From Monocercomonoides exilis PA203 (Eukaryota; Protista; Preaxostyla): DNA of 64,000 bases. Shown one piece after another: positions 1-13,556 of the stretch; the first letter of the stretch is position 1; every line of letters begins with the position of its first letter. A program made the position numbers and the translations under genes. The DNA is taken from contig LSRY02000017.1 of the NCBI GenBank assembly GCA_001643675.2, positions 310,001 to 374,000 on the forward strand. Direction: 5' to 3'. The notes beneath the pieces are model-generated. The model was not told the DNA's origin. It was given only the letters and a program-made list of their open reading frames with translations, and did not search any database.

Positions 1-503
1 CAAAAAAAACTCTCTGAAAACAAAAGATTTATATCCTATTCAAAAATCAAAAGTTGAAAGTTAGAATAACGATAATTGTAAATAATTATTTAATCATATT
101 ATTTTTATCAAAAATTTAATGTGAATATTTGATTTGAGTAAATGTGAATGAAAAACAAACAAAGAAACGAAGATATGGTGCATAATATTTCACTTCAGGC
201 ATTTTCATTGAAAAATAATGCACTTTTCATTGACTTTAAGAGATCAAAATTTTTGAAAAAATGGGCTTATTTTTTTAAAAAACATATTAAGTCACAAAAC
301 ATCTTGTTATTACATCAATGAAGTTTGTTTGCGGTCATGAAAATCTAATTTATTTTTATATCTGATTAAGTTTTATAATGTTTTAAGGAAAACATTTTTT
401 TCTCGCTTTGTGCAAAAAATTCTTGAAAGTCCGTATTTTTCCCCAAATACATGTTTCTTTTTCATTTATTCATGACTAAAGTTCACATTTTAAAAAAACT
501 GTG

Positions 504-756
504 ATATATGTCTTAATTTTTTTGAATAGTTCCTTTTGTTTAATTTACAAATAAAATAAAAATGTCATATTTTAATCAAATTTCTGTTCCCATTCAAGAA
601 ATTTCACTAAAATGGAAATAATAACATTGTCAAGATATTGCATCCATTTTAGTGAAATTTCTTGAGTGGGAAGAGAAATTTTATCAAAATATGACATTTT
701 TATTTTTATTTGAAAATTAAACAAAAGGAACTTTTCAAAAAAAATCAGACATTTAT
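504..756. mobile_element. ~250-bp palindromic (foldback/MITE-like) element, copy 1
   Basis: The ~110-bp left arm (atgtcttaatttttttgaatagttccttttgtttaattt...tttcactaaaatgga) is the imperfect reverse complement of the right arm (tccattttagtgaaa...aaattaaacaaaaggaacttttcaaaaaaaatcagacat). The arms enclose a ~26-bp loop containing aataacattgtcaa. A second copy lies at 1948-2195. Non-coding. Confidence 0.8.
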
Positions 757-941
757 TTAAAAAAAATTTCACTGTGTAAATATGGTGATTGAAACAATTC
801 AAATAAATTCATATTCATTGAGGAAATAATTGGGTTTATTGTCGAAATGCAACAATCAACAGTTTTGAGATAATTTCACTGTCCACAGTTATTGAAAGTG
901 TCCAAAATTATTACCACTGAAAATACTAACAATTCAAATTC

Positions 942-1908
942 TAGGGTCAGAAATTTATCGGTACACAAAAAATTAATCGGGACCGAAAATTTCTGGCTCT
1001 CCTGAGCACTTTGAGAAAAAATAAATAATAGAAAATTATTAAAATATTATAATAAGCTATTTCTGAAAATATTTTTTCATATTTAAATTTTAGTGAAAAG
1101 ATCTGGTGTTTTTTGTTTTATTTTTCAGATCAAAAACTTGCTCGTATTTTCACGAGCTTTTTGTTTTGAGTGTTTTGAGTTATATCATTGTTTATAAACT
1201 GAACTTCTTTATGTTTTTGGTTATTTTTCATCTTTTAACACTTCGTTTTTTTATTATTTTTTCCATTTCACAAAATTCTGACAAAATAAAGAATTCATTT
1301 ATTTTAACAATATATTTCATAATTTTTCAAGTTTAAATATAAAAACTATTAACACATAAAGGTGTTCAAAAAGAAGAAAATCTAAACTTTTTTATGATCG
1401 TGATTTTATTACCAAAAATCTTGTTTTTGTGTATTTTTGTGTTTTTAACTTCAAATCACATTCTTTCATTTCAAAAATTTTGCGTTTCACGTAATAATTT
1501 GTTTTAAAACTATTATTCAACAAATAAAAACAAAGCAACTCAAATACTACTGTTAATCTACTATTTATGGAAATTTTGTGAAATGGAAAAAATAATAAAA
1601 AAACGAAGTGTTAAACGATGAAAAATAACCAAAAACATAAAGAAGTTCAGTTTATAAACAATGATATAACTCAAAACACTCAAAACAAAAAGCTCGTGAA
1701 AATACGAGCAAGTTTTTGATCTTAAAAATAAAACAAAAAACACCAGATCTTTTCACTAAAATTAAAATATGAAAAAATATTTTCAGAAATAGTATATTAT
1801 AATATATTGAAAATTTTCTATTATTTATTTTTTTCAAAAAGTGCTCCTGAGAGCCAGAAAATTTAGGTCCCGATCAAAAAAAGGGGATATGATAAATAAC
1901 TCACCCTA
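942..1908. mobile_element. Non-autonomous foldback DNA element with ~300-bp terminal inverted repeats
   Basis: 976-1277 and 1572-1874 are near-identical inverted repeats, which is why ORFs 1106..1336(+) and 1561..1743(-) translate almost identically. Weaker symmetry extends out to tagggt (942) and acccta (1908). The ~295-bp AT-rich spacer has no credible ORF or transposase. No clear TSD other than a possible TA. Confidence 0.8.
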
Positions 1909-1947
1909 TCTAGAATTACTGTTTTCCAAAACTTCATAATAATTATT

Positions 1948-2195
1948 ATATGGCAAAATTTTTTTGATAAGTTCCTTTTGTTTTATTTTCAAATAGAATA
2001 TAAATTTTATTATTCGATCAATTTTCTGTTCTCTCTCACGAAACTTCACTCAAATGGAAAAAATAACATTGTCAATATTTTATTTTCATAACAGCAAAAT
2101 TTGGTGAGTGGGAACAGAAATTTGATTGAAAAATGATATTTTTATTTAATTTGAAAATTAAACAAAAGGAACTTTTCAAAAAAATTTAGCCATAT
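1948..2195. mobile_element. ~250-bp palindromic (foldback/MITE-like) element, copy 2
   Basis: Runs atatggcaaaatttttttgataagttccttttg ... aacaaaaggaacttttcaaaaaaatttagccatat. Arms and aataacattgtcaa loop match 504-756, but the copy is more diverged. Confidence 0.75.
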
Positions 2196-2684
2196 TGATA
2201 ATTCGTTTTATTTGTAAAAAATAAAACATTATGAATATGTAATAAATGAGAAAAGATAGTGTTTTTGAAACAAACTTATGAAGAAAAAAATTATTTAAAA
2301 AATAAAATTAAATTGGAATAGATAAATTAATTAATAAATAAACAATGTGAGCATTTCTCAAACAAACAAACGTTCATGCACACAAGTGTTTAATAAAACT
2401 ATTAACAAATAAAAAATATTCGCTTTTTTTTTTAAAAGCCAGATTTCAAAGAAGAAATCACAAAAAATATAAAAAAAAACTTTGTGATTATGTGACTTAT
2501 TTATTGTTTTTTGAAAAGCAAAATGAATTCTATTTTCAGTAAAAAATTCATCACATGTATATTGTTTTAAGCAATATGTTCTTTAACAGTTTTATTACAA
2601 AAAATTTCTATTAATTTATGATAAATAATTGATAAACATTTCAGGAGAAACACTTTCATTCATAAATTGATAAAATAATAACAT

Positions 2685-3448
2685 TCATTTTGAATTAAGA
2701 AGTTTAACAAAACTGAGATTAGGAAAATGCAATTGCTTTTCTTTTATGCTTGAAGATGATATTTGCATTGAAGAAGTCTTTTCACTTAGTGACTGCACAA
2801 TTAATTCCGTGCCTTCAGATATTGATTTCGAAACATCAGCATCAAAAAAGGGTTCATGTTTCAATACATTTTCTTTCCACTCAGAAGGAATTTTCATCCA
2901 AATGTCATCATCCAGAGAATCTTCTTCGTCAATTGAAAAAGTTACAGCTTCACTCATCTTGTTTTCAGTAAGATCTTTTGAAGGAGCAGCTTCATGCCAT
3001 TGAAAATAATCCCCATATGCAAAATTTGTAACTCCAGGTTCAAGGGATGGGCTGTTATAAGAATAACCAAAAAGAATGCAATGAGAAGACGGTTTAAGCC
3101 TTGTCTTTTGAAAATATCGAAAATATTTGGGTAAAAAACTCAGTGATAAGTGTTCAAACTTGCTGAGCAATATAAAAAACTTCACAATCACGACAATCGT
3201 CCATTACAAGAGCACCAGAAATTTCACCAACAAATATTCGACACTCTTTTAAGTGAGACAATCTCAATGTTTCTAAATAGAACTAAATTTCTTTGATACA
3301 ATTCAACTAGAAGCAAACGCAATTTATTTGGAATGATAATTTCACAGTTTTTCAAGTTCTCAAACATATATGGTGGATTTGTTGTTGCTTTAATCGGATG
3401 AATAATGCGAACATAAGCCTGATTGTCAACTGGATAAAATATAGGCAT
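2685..3448 (-). CDS. Tubulin-binding cofactor C / RP2-like (TBCC domain) protein, probably 3 exons
   Basis: Splicing ORF 3224..3454, an intervening exon and ORF 2685..3191 gives ...YMFENLKNCEIII...KECRIFVGEISGALVMDDCRDCEVFYIAQQ|TRLKPSSHCILFGYSYNSPSLEPG...YFQW. This matches the TBCC/RP2 beta-helix pattern (GPVxGSVF.rdC.dC....cQQfR...PIIE...FQW), including the QQxR arginine finger. ATG at 3448. The first intron acceptor is uncertain. Confidence 0.75.
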
Positions 3449-3686
3449 ATGCAATCAGACAAATAAAAAAGCAAACACTTAAAATTTTGTAAGCTCATGA
3501 TATAGAAAATTTAATTTCGAAATCCTCAACTTTACTAAAAAGAAAGAATTTCTTTCGGTTTAATATTGATAGTGGCTAAGATCATTTTGAAACAATTAAT
3601 CATCTTTTGAAAAGTCAACATTTTAAACAATAACATAAATTGAATTTTGAAAAACACATCATTACTGGAATACCATAAATAAGAAA

Positions 3687-6600
3687 ATGGAAGAAGAATC
3701 AGAAACCCCATTTCTTATTGAAAATTCAAAAATAATCAATGATCCAATCCATGGATTTATAAAATTTGAATCTCCTTGCATTTCAATTATAGACACACCA
3801 GAATTTCAACGGTTCAAATTTTAATTTTTTTTAAAAAATTATGTGTTTTGACATTTTAAATTTGATATGAAGATTGAGAGACTTGCGCCAGCTTGGCTTA
3901 ACATTATATGTATTTCCTGGTGCAACACATAGCCGCTTTGAACATTCTCTTGGTTAGCAAAAATTGAAATTAAATGTTTTTTCGTTTTATATTTTGATGA
4001 ATTTTTAAAAAATTTATGCTTTTTAAGGAGTTGCTCATTTGGCTGGTGCACTAGCAGAACATTTTATGATAACTCAGCCCGAGCTTGGGGTATTTTGATT
4101 AATATTTTGACAAAAAATGATATTTATTTAAACATAGTTAACACATGAACATGTGTTGGCAGTAAAAATTGCAGGATTGTGTCATGACCTTGGTCATGGG
4201 CCTTTTTCACATTGCTTTGAGAAGTTCATGGAGTCAGTTCACCCTGAGAAGCATTTTCATCACGAAGAAATGTCTTGTAAAATTTTGAAACATCTCGTTG
4301 AAAAGCACAATATAAATATAGATCCAGAGGAGCTTTATTGGATTCAACAAATGATTCTCGGTGAAAGAGACGAGTTTGCATTTTGATTGAAACATCAATA
4401 ATTAAACAATTATTAATTATTTGCATCTTTTCTTTAATATATTTAGTTCTTCACCTTTTGCATTTTTATTTGACATTGTATGTAACAAACGAAATTCTGT
4501 CGACGTTGATAAATTTGATTACCTCGAGCGAGATTGTTTCATGTGTGGAGTGAAGAATTCATTTGACTCATCAAGACTTATTTCCCTTGCTGCTGTTGTT
4601 GATAATGAAGTCTGCTATCCAGCAAAAGAAGCATACACACTGTACGAACTTTTTCACACACGATACTCCCTCCACAAACAGATCTATTCACACAAGGTTA
4701 CACTTGCAATCGATTATATGATCATTGATATATTAAAAAAAGCTGATGATGTGCTCCACATTTCTGACAGAGTTGATGACGTTGAAAGGTTTGAATAACT
4801 CTTATTTGAGAGAACTTATCCGTTTTAAATGTATCTTAAAAATTACTTTGTGAATTAACAGCTATTGCAAACTAACAGATTGTATCCTCAAAGAAATAGA
4901 AGTGTCAAGCGATCCTGTATGATTTTGTTTATTTACCGAAAAATATTCATTAAAATAACTTTTATATACTTTATACTTCTGCTGAACCAAACCAATTTCT
5001 TATTTTTTACGGGAAAATCTTTTTATTTATTTTTTTCCCCCCAGAGACTTAAAGATGCTCAATCATTGATTTATGCACTAAGAACAAGGCAGCTCTATAA
5101 ATTATGTGCTGAAATGCTAATTCCTCTTGACAAAGGGAAAATAGTTGTTTGCTACTTTATTATCTTTTGTTTTTATTTTCATTGAAATGATATTTTTGAT
5201 TGCTTAACTTGATTGTTTTCATAATATAAACATTATTATTGCATTTTTAAAAAATCGCATTATCATACGAATTACTGAATGACATACATAGCCAAATGAA
5301 AATGATGTTATTGAAGCTTCTCAAAACCAGCTTACCAAAGAAGATTTTGTTTTGGACACTCGATTTCTCAACTTTGCTTTGAAAAACAGGAATCCAGTTG
5401 ACAACATTCATTTCTTTGCCACAAGAATGAAACCAAGTATGCTATTGAAAATGAAACAGAATAATTATGAGCGATGCAATTTTACTTGCAAGTCTTATTT
5501 TCTTTTATAATTGAAATATTATCTCTTTTCTAATTCCTTTATAATTGACAATATGAGAATTATATATTTTTGTGTCTGTAATTGTATCTTTGATTTTCCA
5601 ATGCAATTATTTATTCTCAATGCTATTTATTTTTTCAAATAGTGATAAAGTTCAAAATGCAAAAGGGGCATGTGTCATTAATGATTCCAGATGTGTTTGA
5701 AGAGAACTATTTGTACATGATTGTCAAAAATACAGATAAAGTATGATAAGCTGCAAGAACATTTTGAACTTATTTTCTATTTAAAAAACTGTTTTATCCT
5801 TCTTTACTGTTGCTGCAAAGAAACGTTAATAATATTAAAATTTGAAATTTATTTTACAACTTAACGTTTAAACACATTCTTTCTCCTTTATTTCCATTTC
5901 TATTTTTTTTTTAAATAATTTCATAATTTTCTTTTTTTCACAATAGTTTGAATTAGCACAAAGATCTTTATATGCACTGTTTCAAAGGATAGGTTTTGAT
6001 CAGTCACGCCTACCGCCTCATACTCCAATAAACAAAGCAAGATTAAGAAAAGTTCGCATCATTTTTATAGTTGCATTGTAAAATGAATTTATTTTTTGAC
6101 TTTTTCTATCTTCCTGTTAATTTGCTAATTATATCATTTTTCTGGCATTATTCAGGCAAATTCCATTCGTCTCTCTTCTATTTCTTCACAGCCCTTGGTA
6201 ACTCGTTCGATGTCACAGACTACTTCATTTGCCTCGTTTTCACAAACAATGTCCTCAGATAATTCTGAAGATGAAGATGATGGTGAGAGGATTTCAACAC
6301 AGCCAGATCAATCTTCTGAAGATAAAACGAAAAAAGAAAGCTGCAACGAGGAAAATACAGAAAACCCATTAAATGAAGGGCAACAGAGGAACGATGAGGA
6401 GGAAGAAGAAGAAGAGGAAGAAGAAGAGGAAGAAGAGAAAAGACAAAAGCAGAAACATCCAAAAGCAAATGAGTCAACAGAATCGTTGATTGAACAAGCA
6501 AAAGAAATAAAACATAAGACGATTTCAATGCCAATTGTTAAGAAAATTATTTCACACAAAGAAGAAATAGACAATGAACATACAGAGCAACAACAATCAC

Positions 6601-8129
6601 ATAAAGCAATTCATCAAGCAAAAGAAGAAGCGAAAAACGAAGAAGAAAAAGCAAAACAAAATATCACTGATAATTCCCATGAAAACAGAACACACAAATC
6701 CACAAAATTTACCGAAGAAGGGAAAGAAAGATCAAAGAACGAGTCATCCGACATGGAATTGCTTGAAGGAAGCGATATGACTCATTCACCATTGTTGAAC
6801 CAGATCTTGTTTCCTTCTCCGACTTCGCCTCCAATTGCACCGTCAGTGTTTCTCTCAAATATGTCTTCTTTCCAGAAGAAGCCATTATTATCACCTTCAT
6901 CACTGCTCCCTCCAAAAATAACGCTTTCTGCTGCTTCTTCAAGCCCTGCTCTTCCATCTATGTCTTCTGCATTTGACTATTCTCCCGATCAACAATCACA
7001 AAAATCTCCATCTTTGCCTCCGCTCCTCCAGCGATACTCTTCTTATTCCAATTCAAATCTCATGGGAGCAGGCAAAAAGGGATCAAATTCAGGAGCGTCA
7101 TTGAATTCACCACGCTGTGTCCAGCAGCAGAAGAAGAACTCGTCAATCTTTTTGGATTTGACACGGGCGCCGCAGCTGCTTCATTCGTCGCATTCGGCAG
7201 ATGGCTCAGTGGCTGTCACGCCACACAAACAGATGCATTCATTTGAAGAAGGAGAGGAGAAGTATTTGAAGGGATATAATGGAGGAAAAGAGAATGCGAA
7301 GAGGAAAATGAAGATGGAGGAAAAAGAAGAAGCTGCCAGATTGTTGGAAGAAGAATCAGAAAAGGAGGACTCAGAAAAAGAGAAAGAGAGCAAAAAGGAA
7401 AAAGAAAAGGGCAAACATAAAGGAAAAGACGCTGAAAAAACAAAACAAAAAACAATCCAAACAACTCTTTCATTTGAAAAAAGAAGTGTTAATTCTTCAC
7501 ATGCACAGCCATTGACAAATGTTTCCATTCACACCACACCAGAATCAGCTGCTGCCAGTTCCAGAAAGACAGGAAGATTCAAGTCCAAATCATTAAACAC
7601 GAAAGATTCCTTCAAGACTGCAACACCTGCTTTGGTTCATTCAGACACAGCTTCTGCACACTCGCCGCTTGTCAATGCATCGCTCTCTTCGGCAACAACA
7701 TTCACTTACAACTCACTCCAGTCAGATGACAGCTTGCCTGTTTCATTGTCACTTGCAATGTCAAATTCACTCCAAAGTGTGTCTTCCATAGAGACTGACA
7801 GGAGCGAAAGAGAAGACAGCATCGGAGAAACTGAGCCGTATCATATGATTGGAGGACATCACGATGATGAAAGTGACGAAATGGAGGCTGAAGAAGCAAT
7901 AGGAAATGATTCAGATCCAATAATAATACACGATTCTTCGGATTCTCACAAACAGATACAAAAAACTGATGCTAGTTCTTCCAGACATGCACATAATTCG
8001 AATGAGACACATATAAAACCGAAAATGAAAAGATCCTCAATTGAAGAAGACAACCGTCAAGAATCTTCTAACCACAACCCAGCTAATGATTATGTGTTCG
8101 ATGCAACATCATCTCAATCTCTGGAATAA
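3687..8129 (+). CDS. SAMHD1: SAMHD1-like HD-domain dNTP triphosphohydrolase, no SAM domain, with ~660-aa low-complexity C-terminal tail (11 exons)
   Basis: Motifs INDPIHG, IIDTPEFQRLRDLRQLG, VFPGATHSRFEHSLGVAHLA, AGLCHDLGHGPFSH, DIVCNKRNSVDVDKFDYLERD, LFHTRYSLHKQIYSHK, RQLYK and NPVDNIHFF. Ten GT-AG introns were traced in frame. The last acceptor (ending 6155) joins in frame to ORF 6195..8129. Confidence 0.92.
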
Positions 8130-8264
8130 TTTAGTTTTAAAATTGTTTTTAACATTTTTATTTTTTAATAATCAACAAATTTATCTTTTTATTTCACCCG
8201 GGAATTATATATATATATGTCTTTGAAAATTTATGCTTTTTACACTTTATTTAAAAAGTTATGA

Positions 8265-9342
<1,078 letters not shown>

Positions 9343-9666
9343 TGCCTAGCACTGAAGAAAATTCACATTCATGAATATTATTACTATCCAATTCGCTTGA
9401 GAGCGTCATTTCATAGTTGTTCTAATCTTTTTTGAATTATTTTTTTATCATTATATTTTTATCAGTTTTCTTTTTTCAAATATTGTTTTATCACTCGCTC
9501 TCATTTCACATAAACATTTTGTATATTTCAAAAAAATATATGTTTTTGGATTAATTATTTGTTAATCACGTGTTTTAATATCGAATAATAAAATACGATT
9601 TAATAAATTCATGATATTGGAGATAGTTTATTTGTGAGTTTTGATCAACCTTAACAAAAGATTTTG

Positions 9667-11918
9667 ATGACTTTTTTATCGAAGAACCAGAGATTCGAGT
9701 CTTTAAATGATCAACCGGATGTACGCCTTTATTAGTGTTGTTGTTTATTTGCAATGTTCATAGGTTTCTTATGTTCCTTTTCTTCTCAAAGAAATGCATC
9801 GACTTGATATAAATGCTCGATTACCAATAATTCAACAACTTCTTTTCTATGCTATAAGAGGTTTTTGCTTATCTATCTTGTTAAATATTTATGTTTATTT
9901 TTGAAAATTAAGTTGAGGATTCAATCAGAATGATGATTGATGCAAAACTTTCAAACACACTCACTGACATGCTTTCTCAGCCTTTATATCCCGCAATTCA
10001 GGTATTTCTTTTCTTTTTCTTGATCACTGAAAGACTTTTGCTTTTAAAGATTGCATGTACAGATCTAATTCTTGTTATATCAAATCATCTGGTTCAAAGC
10101 AAACCTTTTTCGTCATTTTCCTTATTATGCCATTCCTTACTTGAAGCAATGCAATCCACTGATTCAACGTGCTCGCAATTATCTTTGGAATGCTTAGTTT
10201 CACTTTTGGCGTCTAATATTCCATTTGCAGAAATGTTAATTCGAGGTGGATTTGGAGAAGAGATGAGGTTGAAGCTAAATTCAAATTCAGCAAATTTAAA
10301 ACAAAAAAAGCGAATGTTGAAATTATTGATAGCACTTTGCAAGTGTAATATCTCCTCTGATTGTATATATCGTTTTTCAGGGGAAGTTGAAAGATTATGC
10401 CAATCTGATGATCTAAAAGTGGGTCCTCTTGCACTTGGTATCAATGAGTCAATTATGAAAAAAATTAGAAGAAACAAGCAAGCAACTGAAGAAAGCGAAG
10501 GAAGAATGGGAAGTTCGGGGACAGGATTTGAGAACAGAAATGAACGAAATGAGTCGTCAAATAGAGGAAGGAGAGGGAATGGGGGATTCAGTGTGCTAGG
10601 CGGGCTAAGTCAACTGAGCTTGTTCGGATCTGGAAGAGATCAAGGAAGGGATAAGAAGTCTTCAGGCAGATCTTCTTCAACAAAACGATCTGGAAGAAAT
10701 GCACAGCAACCAGCACCAATGCAAATTGCCTCTTCAACTGGTCATTCATTTGGAGGAGCAAGAGGAAACGGTTTGAAAAACGGAAGAGTAAAGTTCACAT
10801 CCTTTTTTCAATGAATTTACATTTTCTATATGTTTATTTAACTATTTTTTTACAATTCATGACAAATGAAACATTCATTTTTCATTTTTTCTTCAATTAA
10901 TTTTACTTTTCGTAAACAATCAATTTATTATATTATTTTTTTAACCCCTTAGCAACTCTGTTCTCTCCATTCAGATCAGATCCATTGGAAACGAATGCGG
11001 CTTTCACAGCGCAACCACCTCCAATCCCCAATCCAGACCCGCGCTTCCGTGCAACTCCATCGCCGCATCAAGCAGCAGAACAAAACCCTTCGAATCAACC
11101 AGCCAATCAACCACCTCAGCAAACAGCAGGACTTGCACAACCTTCTACAGACGGAGAGCAGCCGATGGGAAACGAGCATCAGACCGAAAGGCGCTCAGCG
11201 TCTGCTGCAGCTTCCTCAAACACAGAGAGAGAGGAGTCGCAAGAAAGCGATGTGCAAATGCAGAGGCGCAGGCAGCAGCGCAGATTGCTTTTCAGAGGAA
11301 GATATCATTCTGAAGACGATTCTGACAGCGATTGGAGTGAAAGTGAAAGCGAAAGCGAAAGCACGAGTGAAAATGAAGGCAAAGATGGAGATGAACCAGC
11401 CATTCGCACTGCAGATGAGCAAGGGACCACACTTGCTGCTTCTCGTCAAGCTCGAACAGAACCCCTTTTGAGAAGCGAAAGCAAAAATGAGTCAGGAAGT
11501 GTTGTTGAGATGACTGGAGCGACTGCAGTTGCTGTGCAAACGACACAAGAGGCTCAAACACGTTCAGAAGAACATTCTGGCTCTATATCGTCACTTTTAA
11601 TTCCTCCAAACCTTTCAAAAGCTGCTTCACAACACGCCCAACAAAACACTTCAGCTTCGACTTCATCTTCATCTTCATCATCTGCTTCTGCTTCTGCTTC
11701 CACTTCAACAGAACAATCATCATCTCAAATGCAATTTTCATCAGTACCATTGTCTGTCTCTGCTCCAACTTCTTTGACAATCACGGAACAAACGCATTCC
11801 AGCAATGCTTCACAAGAAAACCAACCAACGAACAATGCTCTGTTATCTGCTGCTCAACCTCCTCCTTTAGTAGAAGTTACTGCAGCTGCCACTGTGGTGG
11901 GACCAACACTTTCAATGC

Positions 11919-11958
<40 letters not shown>

Positions 11959-12592
11959 TTCTTCTTCTTCTTCTTCTTCTTCTTCTTCTTCTTCACCATC
12001 TTCATCATCATCTTTATCGCTAAAACCCACGTCTCCTTCAAGAAATACATTTCATTCTTCTTTAATGCCGGTATCTTCGCAACCTTCAGAAACAGTTCTT
12101 CCTTTTCCTTCTCCTTTCTCTTTATCTTCTTCATCTGCTGTTTTGTCATCATCTTCTTATTCGACTTCATCTTCGACTTCGACTTCGACTTCAACTTCTG
12201 TCAGGCGGAATGAAACAGCCGACCCGTTTTCAACAACAAAAGCCAGTGCCACTTCGCGATTCCAACGACCTTTTCACTCAAAATCACCTGAACGAAACGC
12301 TGTCCATCTCTATCATTCAATCTCAACTCCTTCTTCATCTTCTCAGCCTCCTCCGTCTGTGTCTATTCTTCAGTCTCCGCCTGCTTCTCGTGCGTATTGG
12401 CGCTCTCCTTCGCTTCCGTCTTATCCCTCTCAAAATGCATTAGAAACTCATGATGCAACTACTGCTATTGATTCTGATTTAACAACAAATTTTGCAGGAA
12501 CTTCCACTGATGTTCAAGACGTCCAATCTGTATCTGGAGCAATTTCTTTGAATTCGAATACACATGCCACAGAGAATCACACACAAAGATGA
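9667..12592 (+). CDS. Hypothetical protein: helical (ARM/HEAT-like) N-terminus plus Ser/Thr/Pro-rich disordered tail
   Basis: ATG at 9667. Short exons splice in frame into ORF 9930..10814. A phase-1 intron (10771-10952) joins ORF 10985..12592. The N-terminal part is Leu-rich amphipathic helices; no family recognised. Confidence 0.6.
11921..11995 (+). repeat. Compound (TCA)n(TCT)n microsatellite encoding poly-Ser
   Basis: Directly visible in the sequence. Confidence 0.95.
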
Positions 12593-13556
12593 AAAACTCT
12601 ATTAATGTTGTTGGAAACATAAAGGATTCTATTTTAATATGAAAATTATAACGAGTCCTTCCATCCTTTAAGGTTCGTTGAAATTTTTCATGAAACAAAA
12701 GGCATCTTTTTTGAAATTCATTGTTCATTTAGTCGGAAATATCATCGAGTTTGAAAGAAAATGTTTCATATTTATTGCGCTCGAAACGGAATAATAGATG
12801 ATTCAAATACTGTTTAATCTGAATTTCTCGGCTTGAAGACAAGAATAGTTATTTCTGGGATTGAACTTTGCCGCTATGACAATTTGTTCGAATGAGAATA
12901 ATACTAACATGTAATTTGAAAATTCAAGCATGGATCTGTTTTTGATTAAATTCACAAAGTGAATTATTCAACAAAAACGAGTTTTTTTTCAAAATTTCAT
13001 GAAAACATTTACATTTTTTGTGAAAAAGAAAATTTGAACCAAAAAATTTGGAAATTCACTTTTGAAAATAATGCAATACATTGATTTTTCAAAAATGCTT
13101 TGCCATTAACAAAATATGTGGCATTGGCAAGAACATGCAAACAAGTGTATATTGAATACATACAAATTTATCAAACTTTGAAAAAAAATAAACATTTTTA
13201 AAATTTGCAAAATGAAACATAAACACACAGATTTGAAAAGAACACAAACCAACTCAAAATAAAACATACATAAAAAGATTGTTGAATACATATAGCTTTC
13301 TTATTTGAAAAAAGGTAATTGAAAAAAGAATGTCAAAAAAATTTCATCTTCGATCTGGAAGATTTGAAAATGTTGTTATAAATCAAATAAAGCAGAAATA
13401 AACATAAAACTAAAATCATACAGAATAACTCCCTCTTTATATATTTCGTTGAGCACAAATCATTTCAATAAGAAAGAAAACGTGTAGTTGCATGCTATTT
13501 TCTAAAAAGGTTGTAATTTTTTCTTGTAACTTTTCGAAGAAGAAATTTTGTGCTCC

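Noticed and set aside
1106-1837. Near-identical short ORFs on opposite strands (1106..1336+, 1561..1743-, 1652..1837-)
   Set aside because: By-products of the AT-rich inverted repeats; non-ATG starts and F/I/L-biased composition.
942-1908. Assignment of the foldback element to hAT, MULE or Harbinger
   Set aside because: The TAGGG/CCCTA ends are suggestive, but no matching 3-, 8- or 9-bp target-site duplication is visible and there is no transposase, so the superfamily is left unassigned.
12600-13550. Short ORFs and a slightly GC-richer patch between convergent genes
   Set aside because: No sustained reading frame or recognisable motif.
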